From: Arcobacteraceae bacterium
GTDB lineage: Bacteria > Campylobacterota > Campylobacteria > Campylobacterales > Arcobacteraceae
Direction of reading: 5' to 3'
Assembly (NCBI GenBank): GCA_963662945.1
Contig: OY759974.1
Span: forward strand, 672,001-736,000
Length of the DNA stretch: 64,000 nucleotides
The notes below the pieces were generated by a model. It made no database searches. It was not told where the DNA came from and saw nothing but the letters and a program-made list of their open reading frames with translations. The position numbers and the translations under genes were made by a program. Below, one piece after another: positions 33,493 to 42,979 of the stretch (position 1 is its first letter; the number at the start of each line of letters is the position of its first letter).

Positions 33493-34416
33493 ATGTTTAA
33501 AAAATTATTTTTTGTTATTTTTGTTATTCTTTTTACAACATCCTGTAGTAAAAAAGTTGTTGTAACTACATATAGTGATGTTGCTATTCCATTAAGTTAT
33601 TTAGAAAATGTTAATACAACTATAGAAGGTAGTTCTTTATTTATTAGAAAAATTAATACTATTTTACCATCTGAATTTAACGATTTCGAAATACTTAAAA
33701 ATGACCCTAATTCCCCATATATACTTCATATTATAGAAAACCTTGTAGAAACTTCTTCAAAATCACACGAAACTCAAGAAGAGAAAACTATTCAATATGT
33801 AGATTATGTTTTTGATTCACAACAAAACAAAACAATTCCAATCGTCAGAACAAAAGATATAATCTATTTTCAAAAATGTTTTATTACAGATTATACACTG
33901 AGTGCTAGTGTAACTACAAGATATAAAAAAGATACTATAACGGCTACTATTCAAGATGAAAAATGTATTAAAAGAAGATTTAATCTTTTTAATGATTATG
34001 AACTACAATCAACAAATAGTGCAAAATTTTATGGACAATTAGTTGATAAACTTACACAAAATATCAAAGATTATCTTGTACCTTACACAAAAACATATAG
34101 TATAAAAATAAATGATAACTTAGATATAGAAATGTCAGATACTGATGAAGAAAATTATGAAAATATTATAGATATGTTGGCTGATGGAATATTTTCTAAT
34201 AAAATGTTAAGTCAATTAATAAAGCTTGAGAATGATTATCCAAATTCATATTCTATAAACTACAATATTGGCTTGATTTATGAGTATATAGGTCAAAATC
34301 AAAATGCTCTATTTTATTATAAAAGATGTTTAGATATTAAAACTACAGAAGATATAATAAATAGAATTACAACAGTAAACAAAAATATAGAAAATACAAA
34401 AAAAACACAACTATAA
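33493..34416 (+). CDS. Lipoprotein with C-terminal TPR
   Basis: Start MFKKLFF after an AAGG RBS; lipobox-like FTTSC; TPR YNIGLIYEYIGQNQNALFYYKRCL. Confidence 0.7.
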   Translation: MFKKLFFVIFVILFTTSCSKKVVVTTYSDVAIPLSYLENVNTTIEGSSLFIRKINTILPSEFNDFEILKNDPNSPYILHIIENLVETSSKSHETQEEKTIQYVDYVFDSQQNKTIPIVRTKDIIYFQKCFITDYTLSASVTTRYKKDTITATIQDEKCIKRRFNLFNDYELQSTNSAKFYGQLVDKLTQNIKDYLVPYTKTYSIKINDNLDIEMSDTDEENYENIIDMLADGIFSNKMLSQLIKLENDYPNSYSINYNIGLIYEYIGQNQNALFYYKRCLDIKTTEDIINRITTVNKNIENTKKTQL

Positions 34417-34428
34417 AAAGGATATAAG

Positions 34429-37101
34429 ATGAAAAAATTTTCAAAATTATTTTCACAAATTATTATTATTTTATTTGTTATATATACATTTTTAGGCTTT
34501 TTTATATTACCTTATTTTATACAATTTTATATACCAACTATAATTAAAAATACAATTCATAGTGAAAGTTATGTAGATTCTGTTCATTTCAATCCATATA
34601 CTTTTAAAATCAAAATTAGTAATCTTATCATCCAAGATCAAAATCAAAACAATTTATTATTTTTTGAAACATTAAAAATAAATGTTGATCCATTAAATCT
34701 CATTTTAAAAGAAATCTCTTTTAGTGATATTGTCATTGATAATTTAAAACTATCTGTTGATATTAATAAAAATAAAGTTGCAAATTTCCAGTATATTCTT
34801 GATTCATTCAATAATGAAAATAATTCAACTAAGTCACAAGCAAATGAAGAGAAAAATAATTTTTTAATTAAAATAAAAAATTTAAATCTCTCAAATATTA
34901 GAGTTGTATTTGAAGATTACTCAAAAGAGATACCATTTATTGTTCATACAAAACCTATCTCTCTTGCCACATCAGATATTCAATTAAAACCAAATCATAT
35001 CAATAAAATCAATCTAGAAATTGATACAAAAAATACTGGGAAAATTGCACTCCAATCAAATATTATAGTAGAACCATTAAGTTTAAATGGACATCTGAAA
35101 CTTTCACAAGTAGCTGTTAATAAAATATTTCACTATGTAAAACCATCAAATATTGATTTTACTATTGATTCACAACCTCTTAATCTCTCATTAGATTATC
35201 ACTATACAAAATCAATACAATCACAAAATATAGAATTAGATACTATAAATTTACAACTTGAAAAATTAATTTTTTCACAAAATCCTTTTACTATAGAGAT
35301 TGAAAAGCTTCTGCATACTACACAAAAAGTACAATTAGAGATTGCAGATACACTGCACTACAATGTCACAAATATAAATAGTAAAATTCAAAATATAATA
35401 TTTGCAAACAAAACAAACAGTAGCACTTTATTGTTTACAAATTTTGCAAATGCTATAGATAATGTTTCCCATAACAAAGATAAAACTATCAACATAATAC
35501 AATCTCTTAATACACCACAAAGTGGAACAATCCAAGCAAATGTTAAAGCCATACAAGAACCACTGAATCTAAATATAAAACTTGATACAAAAAATATTGC
35601 TATCACACCTTATGAACCATACATCAAAGAGTTTATAAATATGGATATTAAATCTGCTTTTATAAATAATGAAGCAAATATCAACGTTACAAATGAAAAC
35701 AATCAAACTAATATCAATCTACAAACTGATATTGCACTAAAAAATGTAGATGTTCTAAATAGTATAAATAAACAACAATTATTTAAATTAGATACTTTAA
35801 ATGTATCAAATATGAACTACACAAATAATAATCTTTTCATTAAAAATATATCTATTGAAAAGCCTTTTGTTCAATTTTCTATTAATGATAATAACACAAC
35901 AAATTTTTCAAACCTTGTTCCACAAACTCCGCAACAAAAATCAAAATCAAAAAGTGATACGCAAGAATTTATTTATAAAATAAATAATATCTCTATCAAA
36001 AATGGAGATGCCCTTTTTGAAGACAATAGTGTATCTCCAAAATTTATCTCAAAAGATACTAAAATAGCTGGAAAGATAAAAAATCTTTCATCAGATAAAA
36101 ATAAACCTACAGTTATAACACACTCAAGTATTATCGACAGCTATGCTCCACTTCTAATAAATACAAATATGATACTATCAGATCCTACAAAAGCACTCAA
36201 AAGTGCAATTAAAGTTGAAAATATAGATTTACCATCTTTATCTTCATATAGTGGAAAATTTATAGGACAAAAAATAGCAAATGGAAAATTAAGTCTCACA
36301 TTAGATTATAATATTAAAAAATCTCAAATGACTAGTTCAAACAACATAAAAATCAAAGATATTAAACTAGGAGAGAAAGTTGAAAGTAAAGATGCAATCA
36401 ATGCACCAATAGGTTTAGCAATAGCTTTACTTGAAGATAGTGATGGATATATTGACTTAGATATTCCAATAGATGGAGATATAAATAATCCTAATTTTCA
36501 TTTAGGTGATGTAATACTAGACGTTATCACAAATACAATAGTTGGCATTGTTTCTGCGCCTTTTAAATTTTTAGCAATGATGATTGGACTTGATGGAGAA
36601 GATATTTCCAATGTAACTTTTGATTATGGAAGTTCTACTATTTTAACAACACAAAAAGAGAAACTTGACAATATAATAAAAGCATTTGCCAAAAGACCAA
36701 ACTTAAAACTAAAAATAGTAACAGCTTATGTTCAAGAAGAAGATACTTTAGCACTTAAAGAGGTACAATTCAAAGAAAAATATGGACAAATTGGAGATGA
36801 CAATTTTAATGCAATTTATGAACACTTTATCAAAGAGTTTGGAAAAGAAAGTTATAGAGAACTTAAAGGTGAAAAAAAAGAGATATATCAGCATATGATA
36901 ACAAAGCTAAAAAATAATATTAAGATTGCATCAGATAAATTAATACTTTTAGCAAAACAAAGAGCAATTGCAATTCAATCATACCTATTAGAAAAAAAAT
37001 TACCTTCAGATAGAATTGTTATAAATGAAAATGTTAAAAACGTTCAAAAAGATTTAAAAACAGATAAAGCATTAATATTATTTGAGATTGAAGCTAAATA
37101 G
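34429..37101 (+). CDS. DUF748 (AsmA-like) protein with C-terminal OmpA-like domain
   Basis: N-terminal TM anchor, FNPYTF, LAIALLEDSDGYIDLDIPIDGDINNPNF, SAPFKFL, then VTFDYGSS...LAKQRAIAIQSYL. Confidence 0.8.
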   Translation: MKKFSKLFSQIIIILFVIYTFLGFFILPYFIQFYIPTIIKNTIHSESYVDSVHFNPYTFKIKISNLIIQDQNQNNLLFFETLKINVDPLNLILKEISFSDIVIDNLKLSVDINKNKVANFQYILDSFNNENNSTKSQANEEKNNFLIKIKNLNLSNIRVVFEDYSKEIPFIVHTKPISLATSDIQLKPNHINKINLEIDTKNTGKIALQSNIIVEPLSLNGHLKLSQVAVNKIFHYVKPSNIDFTIDSQPLNLSLDYHYTKSIQSQNIELDTINLQLEKLIFSQNPFTIEIEKLLHTTQKVQLEIADTLHYNVTNINSKIQNIIFANKTNSSTLLFTNFANAIDNVSHNKDKTINIIQSLNTPQSGTIQANVKAIQEPLNLNIKLDTKNIAITPYEPYIKEFINMDIKSAFINNEANINVTNENNQTNINLQTDIALKNVDVLNSINKQQLFKLDTLNVSNMNYTNNNLFIKNISIEKPFVQFSINDNNTTNFSNLVPQTPQQKSKSKSDTQEFIYKINNISIKNGDALFEDNSVSPKFISKDTKIAGKIKNLSSDKNKPTVITHSSIIDSYAPLLINTNMILSDPTKALKSAIKVENIDLPSLSSYSGKFIGQKIANGKLSLTLDYNIKKSQMTSSNNIKIKDIKLGEKVESKDAINAPIGLAIALLEDSDGYIDLDIPIDGDINNPNFHLGDVILDVITNTIVGIVSAPFKFLAMMIGLDGEDISNVTFDYGSSTILTTQKEKLDNIIKAFAKRPNLKLKIVTAYVQEEDTLALKEVQFKEKYGQIGDDNFNAIYEHFIKEFGKESYRELKGEKKEIYQHMITKLKNNIKIASDKLILLAKQRAIAIQSYLLEKKLPSDRIVINENVKNVQKDLKTDKALILFEIEAK

Positions 37102-37150
37102 ATAAAGCTGTTTTTTAGTAGAATAGAAAAATTTAAATTAAAGGTTTAGT

Positions 37151-38656
37151 ATGAGATTAATAGTGGGTTTATTTGCAATAATGACAACTTTGATTATTGC
37201 AGTATATGTTATGTTATTTACAAGTTTTGGTCATGGTATTCTTTTACCAATAGCACAATCCAATATAGAATCAAACTTAAAAATCAAAAGCGCAAAATTT
37301 ACAAATTTTACTCTTACAACAAATAGTATTAATACTACACTTACACTTGATAATCAACCTATTCATATAGAAGGGAAATTTAATCTTATTAAAAAATTCA
37401 TTGACCTTTCTTATGATGTTAAAATAGATGATTTAAGTATTTTTAACGCTGTTTCAAATCAAAAACTTCAAGGAACTTTTTACACAGATGGAAAAGTTAT
37501 GGGTGTTTTAGGAAATATTGGTATTTTAGGAAAAGCTTCTTTTGCAAATGGTCAAACAAATTACGAGCTTCTTTTAAAAGAACATGATGTTACAAATATC
37601 AAATTTTCTTTACATAATATTGCTGTAGAAAAACTTCTTTGGATGGTATCTCAACCACAATATACAACTGGACTTCTTAATATAACAGGAACAATAAAAT
37701 CTCTCAATAATCTTGATGGAGATATTCTAACAAAAGTTACAAATGGTGTTTTAAATAGCGAATATATCAATAAAACTTTTAAACAAAATTTACCTAAAAA
37801 AGCCACATTTGATACAACTATCACAACAAAACTACAAAAAGAAGATATAGTTTCTATAATAGATTTTAATTCTTTTGTAGCAACACTTAACACTAAAAAA
37901 ACTACTTTTAATATTCCAAGTGGGAAACTAACTACTGACTATCTACTTGATATTCCAAGTTTAAATGCTCTTTATTTTGTAACAAATCAAAAACTTAAAG
38001 GTGGAATCACTATAAATGGAGATGTTACATTTGATAAAACACTTCTCGCTACTTTTAATAGTAAAAAATTTGATGGAACACTCCAAGGGAAACTTGATAA
38101 CAATAAATTAAATGTACAGCTTAATAATATCCAATCAACAAAACTTTTGGATATGCTTTATTATCCAGAAATTTTTAAATCAAATATCAAACTTGACTTA
38201 GATTATGATATTGCTACAAAAAAAGGATTATCAAAACTTTCAACAAACAATGGCCAGTTTCTAACAAATCAAACAACAGACCTATTAAAAAAATTTACAA
38301 AATATGATTTAACTATGGAAATTTATGATGTTACTAATCTTACAACGAAGATAGATAATACTACTTTACAAAATGACTTATATATGAAAAGTAAAAATAG
38401 TGAAATCAAATCAAAAATATTTACAGTTGATACAGCAAAATCAATCATAAATGCAGATTTAACACTCCAATATAGAAAATACGATATGGGTCTAAAACTT
38501 ACAGGGGAAATTGCCAATCCTAAAGTAAAACTTGATATAGGTAAAGCCATAGAAAATAAGGCAAAAGAGAAACTAAAAGAAACTATCAATGAAAAATTAA
38601 AAGATAAACTTAAAGATGAAAATATAGGAAATATTCTAAATAGCTTTTTCAAATAA
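37151..38656 (+). CDS. Membrane-anchored beta-rich AsmA-like hypothetical protein
   Basis: N-terminal TM followed by FTSFG; internally repeated beta segments; C-terminal LTGEIANPKVKLD plus amphipathic helix. Confidence 0.55.
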   Translation: MRLIVGLFAIMTTLIIAVYVMLFTSFGHGILLPIAQSNIESNLKIKSAKFTNFTLTTNSINTTLTLDNQPIHIEGKFNLIKKFIDLSYDVKIDDLSIFNAVSNQKLQGTFYTDGKVMGVLGNIGILGKASFANGQTNYELLLKEHDVTNIKFSLHNIAVEKLLWMVSQPQYTTGLLNITGTIKSLNNLDGDILTKVTNGVLNSEYINKTFKQNLPKKATFDTTITTKLQKEDIVSIIDFNSFVATLNTKKTTFNIPSGKLTTDYLLDIPSLNALYFVTNQKLKGGITINGDVTFDKTLLATFNSKKFDGTLQGKLDNNKLNVQLNNIQSTKLLDMLYYPEIFKSNIKLDLDYDIATKKGLSKLSTNNGQFLTNQTTDLLKKFTKYDLTMEIYDVTNLTTKIDNTTLQNDLYMKSKNSEIKSKIFTVDTAKSIINADLTLQYRKYDMGLKLTGEIANPKVKLDIGKAIENKAKEKLKETINEKLKDKLKDENIGNILNSFFK

Positions 38657-38668
38657 TTAAAACTCTAC

Positions 38669-38685
38669 TAGGAATAGTTCTTGTA
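38669..38685 (+). promoter_or_regulatory. Putative sigma54 promoter of nifN (non-canonical -12)
   Basis: TAGGAATAGTTCTTGTA = GG(38671-72)-N10-GT, with GT in place of GC; about 40 nt before the ATG. Confidence 0.5.
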
Positions 38686-38723
38686 TATGTTTAATAATAA
38701 AACTAATATATTAGGAACTTTCC

Positions 38724-40010
38724 ATGAGCGAACAACAAAATAAACCTCTACAAATAAATCCAATTAAACTTTCTCAACCTATGGGTGCGCTATTGTGCTT
38801 TTTAGGTATCAAAAATACAATGCCACTTATGCATGGTGCGCAAGGTTGTGCCAGTTTTTCAAAAGTTTTTTTCACAAGACATTTTAGTGATCCCATTGCA
38901 GTACAAACAACAGCAGTAAACGATATAACTGCTGTTATTGATGGTGGAGATTATAGTATCTCTGAAGCTGTAAAAAATATCACAAAAAAAGTTAAGCCAG
39001 ATTTAGTAGGACTCTTTACAACTGGAATGACGGAAACAAAAGGTGATGATATTAAAGGTGCAACTTTTTTATTAAAAGATGTACAAAAGATGGTTTATGT
39101 TCATACTCCTGATTTTGAGGGTGGACTTGAAAGTGGTTATGCAAAATCAATAGAAGCTATTATAGAACAATTAGTCACTCCTACAACAAACATTGATAAC
39201 AAAAAAGCAGTTCTTATTCCTAATGTAAATTTTACACCTATAGAGGTGGAAAAAATCAAAGAACAGATAGATTTATTTGGTTATGAAACATTAGCCTTAC
39301 CAGATATCAGTCAATCTCTTGATGGACATTTAGGATTAAAACAAGGTGCATTAAGTAGTGGGGGAATAAGTATTGAAGAGATTGAAAAACTTGGGAGTTC
39401 TCAAGTTGTTATAACAATTGGAAACTCTGTGGAAAAAGCTGGAAAGATTTTAAATACAAAAAATGAGAATATGATTCATCTTCATTTTGATACGGTAAGT
39501 GGATTACTTAAAGCAGATAAATTCTACAAAGGTTTAATGGATATTAAAAAATTAACAAAACCTAATCCTTCTATTGTAAGATGGAGAAAAAGATTACAAG
39601 ATGCACTTTTAGATACACATTTTGCACTAGGTGGAACAAAAGTAGTTATCGCTGCAGAACCTGATCAAATATTAAGTATTACTACAACTATTAAAGAAGC
39701 TGGAGCAAATATAACAGCTGTAGTATCTCCAACCAAAAGTGTAAGTTTAGAAATACTTGATTGCAAAAATGTAATTATAGGAGACTTTGAAGATGTGGAA
39801 AATCAACTACAAAATGCTGATATTCTTATCTCAAATTTTCATGGAGAAAGAATATGTAATACCCATAAAAAAGCACTTATGGTAAGAGGTTTTCCTAACT
39901 ATGAATTAGTAGGAAACAACCTAAAAAATGATACTTTATATGAGGGAAGTTGTTATATGCTTTTTGAAATAGCAAATATAATAAATCATTATAAATATGG
40001 TCAGCATTAA
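38724..40010 (+). CDS. nifN: Nitrogenase FeMo-cofactor scaffold beta subunit NifN
   Basis: NPIKLSQPMGA...PLMHGAQGC...RHFSDPIAVQTTA, TPDFEGGLE, SLDGH, LQDALLDTHF, IGDFED. Confidence 0.92.
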   Translation: MSEQQNKPLQINPIKLSQPMGALLCFLGIKNTMPLMHGAQGCASFSKVFFTRHFSDPIAVQTTAVNDITAVIDGGDYSISEAVKNITKKVKPDLVGLFTTGMTETKGDDIKGATFLLKDVQKMVYVHTPDFEGGLESGYAKSIEAIIEQLVTPTTNIDNKKAVLIPNVNFTPIEVEKIKEQIDLFGYETLALPDISQSLDGHLGLKQGALSSGGISIEEIEKLGSSQVVITIGNSVEKAGKILNTKNENMIHLHFDTVSGLLKADKFYKGLMDIKKLTKPNPSIVRWRKRLQDALLDTHFALGGTKVVIAAEPDQILSITTTIKEAGANITAVVSPTKSVSLEILDCKNVIIGDFEDVENQLQNADILISNFHGERICNTHKKALMVRGFPNYELVGNNLKNDTLYEGSCYMLFEIANIINHYKYGQH

Positions 40011-40027
40011 ATCAGACAAAAATAGTA

Positions 40028-40043
40028 TGGAACAGTTTTTGCA
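40028..40043 (+). promoter_or_regulatory. sigma54 -24/-12 promoter upstream of nifX
   Basis: TGGAACAGTTTTTGCA: GG(40029-30)-N10-GC(40041-42). Confidence 0.85.
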
Positions 40044-40076
40044 TTTTATATAATATAAATCAAAAAAGGAAATTAC

Positions 40077-40475
40077 ATGGGATCAACAATAAAAGTTACT
40101 TCGAATAATTCGGGAAAAGGTTCTATAAGAGTTGCATTTGCAACTAATGATAATGAAAATATTGATGCACATTTTGGAAGTGCTGCACAATTTAATGTAT
40201 ATGATATCAGTGCAGATGATTGTGAAATATCAACAATTATTAAAATTGAAGAGAAAGATGTTGATAGAACTGTAGCACTTCTTAAAGGTGTAGATATCGT
40301 TTATTTTGTAAATATTGGAGCAACTGCTGCTGCAAAAATTATAAACTCTGGAATTTTTCCAATTAAGTATAAAGAAGTTGTTTCTATTGATGAAGAGATT
40401 AAAAAATTAACAGATATGTTAAATAATAATCCAGCACCTTTTATTAAAAAAATACTTGAAAAAAAGGCAGCATAA
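40077..40475 (+). CDS. nifX: NifX/NifB-family FeMo-co precursor-binding protein
   Basis: RVAFAT...IDAHFGSA, IGATAAAKII..GIFPIK, NPAPFIKK. Confidence 0.85.
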   Translation: MGSTIKVTSNNSGKGSIRVAFATNDNENIDAHFGSAAQFNVYDISADDCEISTIIKIEEKDVDRTVALLKGVDIVYFVNIGATAAAKIINSGIFPIKYKEVVSIDEEIKKLTDMLNNNPAPFIKKILEKKAA

Positions 40476-40897
40476 TGGAAAACTTATTTATTGAAACATT
40501 AATTGGTCAAGTAAGAGCTTTAGATCAATTTGGTACTTGGACAAATAGAACAGATAGAGATATCTTAGAAGAAAAATATGTAAAGTCAAAAGAAGATTTA
40601 AAAAATATTCCAGTAATTGCAGATATTGACGAGATGCAAATACAGGATATCAGATTAATATACCAAGCTATAGCTTTAGCTTTTGAGAAAAAAACAGGAA
40701 TTATGTGTAGTACTATCATGGAGATGAGTCATGAAGGTTTTGGACGAGCTGTTGTTATAGCTGACAAAATTGTAATTGTAAACAAATTTTTTAAAGATGC
40801 ACATAGATTTTCATTCAGAACATATGATGATTTAGTTAAAGAGGGTGATAAACTTCTTGATAGTGCTATAAAAATTTACGACGAATATAAAAAATAA
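40475..40897 (+). CDS. NifX-associated protein (DUF269)
   Basis: QVRALDQFGTW, MSHEGFGR, DAHRFSF. Confidence 0.88.
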   Translation: MENLFIETLIGQVRALDQFGTWTNRTDRDILEEKYVKSKEDLKNIPVIADIDEMQIQDIRLIYQAIALAFEKKTGIMCSTIMEMSHEGFGRAVVIADKIVIVNKFFKDAHRFSFRTYDDLVKEGDKLLDSAIKIYDEYKK

Positions 40898-40912
40898 GGG
40901 GGAATAGAAAAA

Positions 40913-41425
40913 ATGAAATATGGAATCTTTGTAGGAACAGCAGGTGGTACTTCAATGAAAGTAGCAAAAGCTTTAATAAAAGAATTTGATATAGATGAAG
41001 ATGATGTTATAAATATGGAAGAAGATTTTGATGATATTGATCAAATGCTTGAATATGATGTACTATTTTTAGGAAGTTCAACTTGGGGACAAGGTGATGT
41101 TCACTTTTCTTGGGTTGACCCAATTTTAGAAATTGAAGATGATGAAATTGATTTTAGTGGAAAAACAGTAGCATTTTTTGGTGCAGGTGATTGTAAAAAA
41201 CATGGTGAACATTTTTGTTCAGCATTAGGTAAACTTCATAAAACTTTTACTAAAGCTGGTGCTAAAGCAATTGGTTTTATACCAAAAGATGGGTATGATT
41301 ATGAATTCTCATTAGCAGAAATGGATGGAAAACTTTGTGGGTGTGCCATTGATGAGCATAATGAGAAAGGAAAAACCAAAGAGAGAATAAGTACTTGGAT
41401 TAGTGCTTTAAAAGAAGAACTTTAA
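40913..41425 (+). CDS. Long-chain flavodoxin (NifF-like)
   Basis: GTAGGTS, LGSSTWGQG, AFFGAGD, AIDEHNE; nif context. Confidence 0.88.
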   Translation: MKYGIFVGTAGGTSMKVAKALIKEFDIDEDDVINMEEDFDDIDQMLEYDVLFLGSSTWGQGDVHFSWVDPILEIEDDEIDFSGKTVAFFGAGDCKKHGEHFCSALGKLHKTFTKAGAKAIGFIPKDGYDYEFSLAEMDGKLCGCAIDEHNEKGKTKERISTWISALKEEL

Positions 41426-41447
41426 ACTCTTATAGAAAGGATTAAAA

Positions 41448-41849
41448 ATGTATATGGTAGTAGCGGTATTCAATCAATACGATTTGAAAAATGTTTTAGA
41501 AGATTTATTTGAAAATAATATAGAAGGTGTCACAGTAAGTGATGTTATAGGTAAAGGGTCTTTTGGGTTAAAAGAAGCTGATAATCAACCTACAGACTTA
41601 GTAGCAAAAGTAAAACTTGAAATAGTTGTTTCTGATGTAAAACATAGAGAAATTGCGATGGAATGTATAAGAACAAACTGTCAAGATTTAAGTAGAGGCG
41701 CTGGTAAAATGTGGTGGCTTGAGGTAGGTGGTGTTGAAAGAATCAGAACAGGTGAAAGAGATGCTGAAGCTTTAACAACACAAATTGATAAAAAAATACC
41801 AAATGTACCGGTTGCGTTTACAACTGCAATTGATACACCTTGTAGTTAA
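41448..41849 (+). CDS. Atypical PII-family protein
   Basis: GVTVSDVIGKG...KVKLEIVV, GAGKMW, RIRTGE; short T-loop and C-terminal extension. Confidence 0.85.
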   Translation: MYMVVAVFNQYDLKNVLEDLFENNIEGVTVSDVIGKGSFGLKEADNQPTDLVAKVKLEIVVSDVKHREIAMECIRTNCQDLSRGAGKMWWLEVGGVERIRTGERDAEALTTQIDKKIPNVPVAFTTAIDTPCS

Positions 41850-41865
41850 GATAAAGGAATAGATT

Positions 41866-42207
41866 ATGCAAACAAAAGAGAAGTCATTGGATGAGTTTTA
41901 CAAACTGACTGATGCGGAGGACTATTTTGATTTTTTTGAGATAGACTATGATAAAAGCTTAGTAAATGTTAAAAGATTTCATATCTTAAAAGAGTATGGT
42001 GCTATGATAAAAACAGGTTTTTCTAACTTAAAAGGTGAAGATGCAAAACTTCTAGATTTTTTGAAATTTTCACTTTTAAAGGTTTATGGAGACTTTAAAA
42101 ATGGTTATGCACCAAGCGCTGCTGATGTATGGAATATGTTTAAAGATGGTAAATTAAGTGGGTGTGTGAGCTGTACACCAACACCAGGAAATAGTTGTGG
42201 CTGCTAA
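41866..42207 (+). CDS. nifW: Nitrogenase-stabilizing protein NifW
   Basis: LTDAEDYFDFFEIDYD...VNVKRFHILK. Confidence 0.85.
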   Translation: MQTKEKSLDEFYKLTDAEDYFDFFEIDYDKSLVNVKRFHILKEYGAMIKTGFSNLKGEDAKLLDFLKFSLLKVYGDFKNGYAPSAADVWNMFKDGKLSGCVSCTPTPGNSCGC

Positions 42208-42592
42208 AGAGTTCTCAGTAGATGAGAATATCGTTTTACACGATAGTGTTACCGCAAGTAGATCTGGTCGAGATGAAGATGAACCAAAATTTAAAGAGGG
42301 TCAAAAAGTTGAACTTCTTGAAGATGTTGTAAATGATGGAACTTATCCACATGCAAAAATAGGAACATTGATGATGCCTAAAGGCTCAGTTGGGTATATC
42401 AAATCAATGGGAGAATTTTTACAAGTTATCCGTGTGTATGAGGTTCATTTTTTTGGAACAGATATGGAAGTTGAAATTATTGGCTGTCGAGAACATGAAC
42501 TAAAAGCTGTTGATGATGGATGTGATGATGAAACCACAGAGTCACCTTTATTTAAGGCTATGTTAGAAAAAAGAAAAAACAACAAATCTTAA
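42197..42592 (+). CDS. nifZ: NifZ
   Basis: PKFKEGQKV...NDGTYP...GSVGYI...GEFLQ..YEVHF...IGCREHEL. Confidence 0.88.
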   Translation: MAAKEFSVDENIVLHDSVTASRSGRDEDEPKFKEGQKVELLEDVVNDGTYPHAKIGTLMMPKGSVGYIKSMGEFLQVIRVYEVHFFGTDMEVEIIGCREHELKAVDDGCDDETTESPLFKAMLEKRKNNKS

Positions 42593-42605
42593 AAGGAGAG
42601 AAGAT

Positions 42606-42950
42606 ATGGCAAAAGTTATTTTTATGCATTTTAAAGAAGAAACAGACGGTGTTTATGATGCAAAAATTGGTGAACCACTAGTTAGATTAGCAAAAGAAAA
42701 AGGTATACCTTTACCACTTGATTGTGAAGATGGTCAATGTGGAAGCTGTTTAGTTTCTGTTGAGAATTTAGCAGATGAAGAACCTACAAGTTACATGGAA
42801 GATATGGAACTTGAAAAATTAGTAGAGCTTGGTGCTATTACTCAAAAAGAAGCAAATACTTGCCAACAATTCACAGTTGCACCTAAAGTAAGACTTGCAT
42901 GTCAAACACTTGTAAAAGGTGACATTTTAGTAAAACCTTACAAGGGTTAA
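42606..42950 (+). CDS. [2Fe-2S] ferredoxin, FeSII (Shethna protein II)-like
   Basis: CEDGQCGSC, long insert before RLACQT; resembles A. vinelandii FeSII as recalled. Confidence 0.7.
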   Translation: MAKVIFMHFKEETDGVYDAKIGEPLVRLAKEKGIPLPLDCEDGQCGSCLVSVENLADEEPTSYMEDMELEKLVELGAITQKEANTCQQFTVAPKVRLACQTLVKGDILVKPYKG

Positions 42951-42979
42951 CATTTAATTTAAAATAAAAGGAGAAAAAA

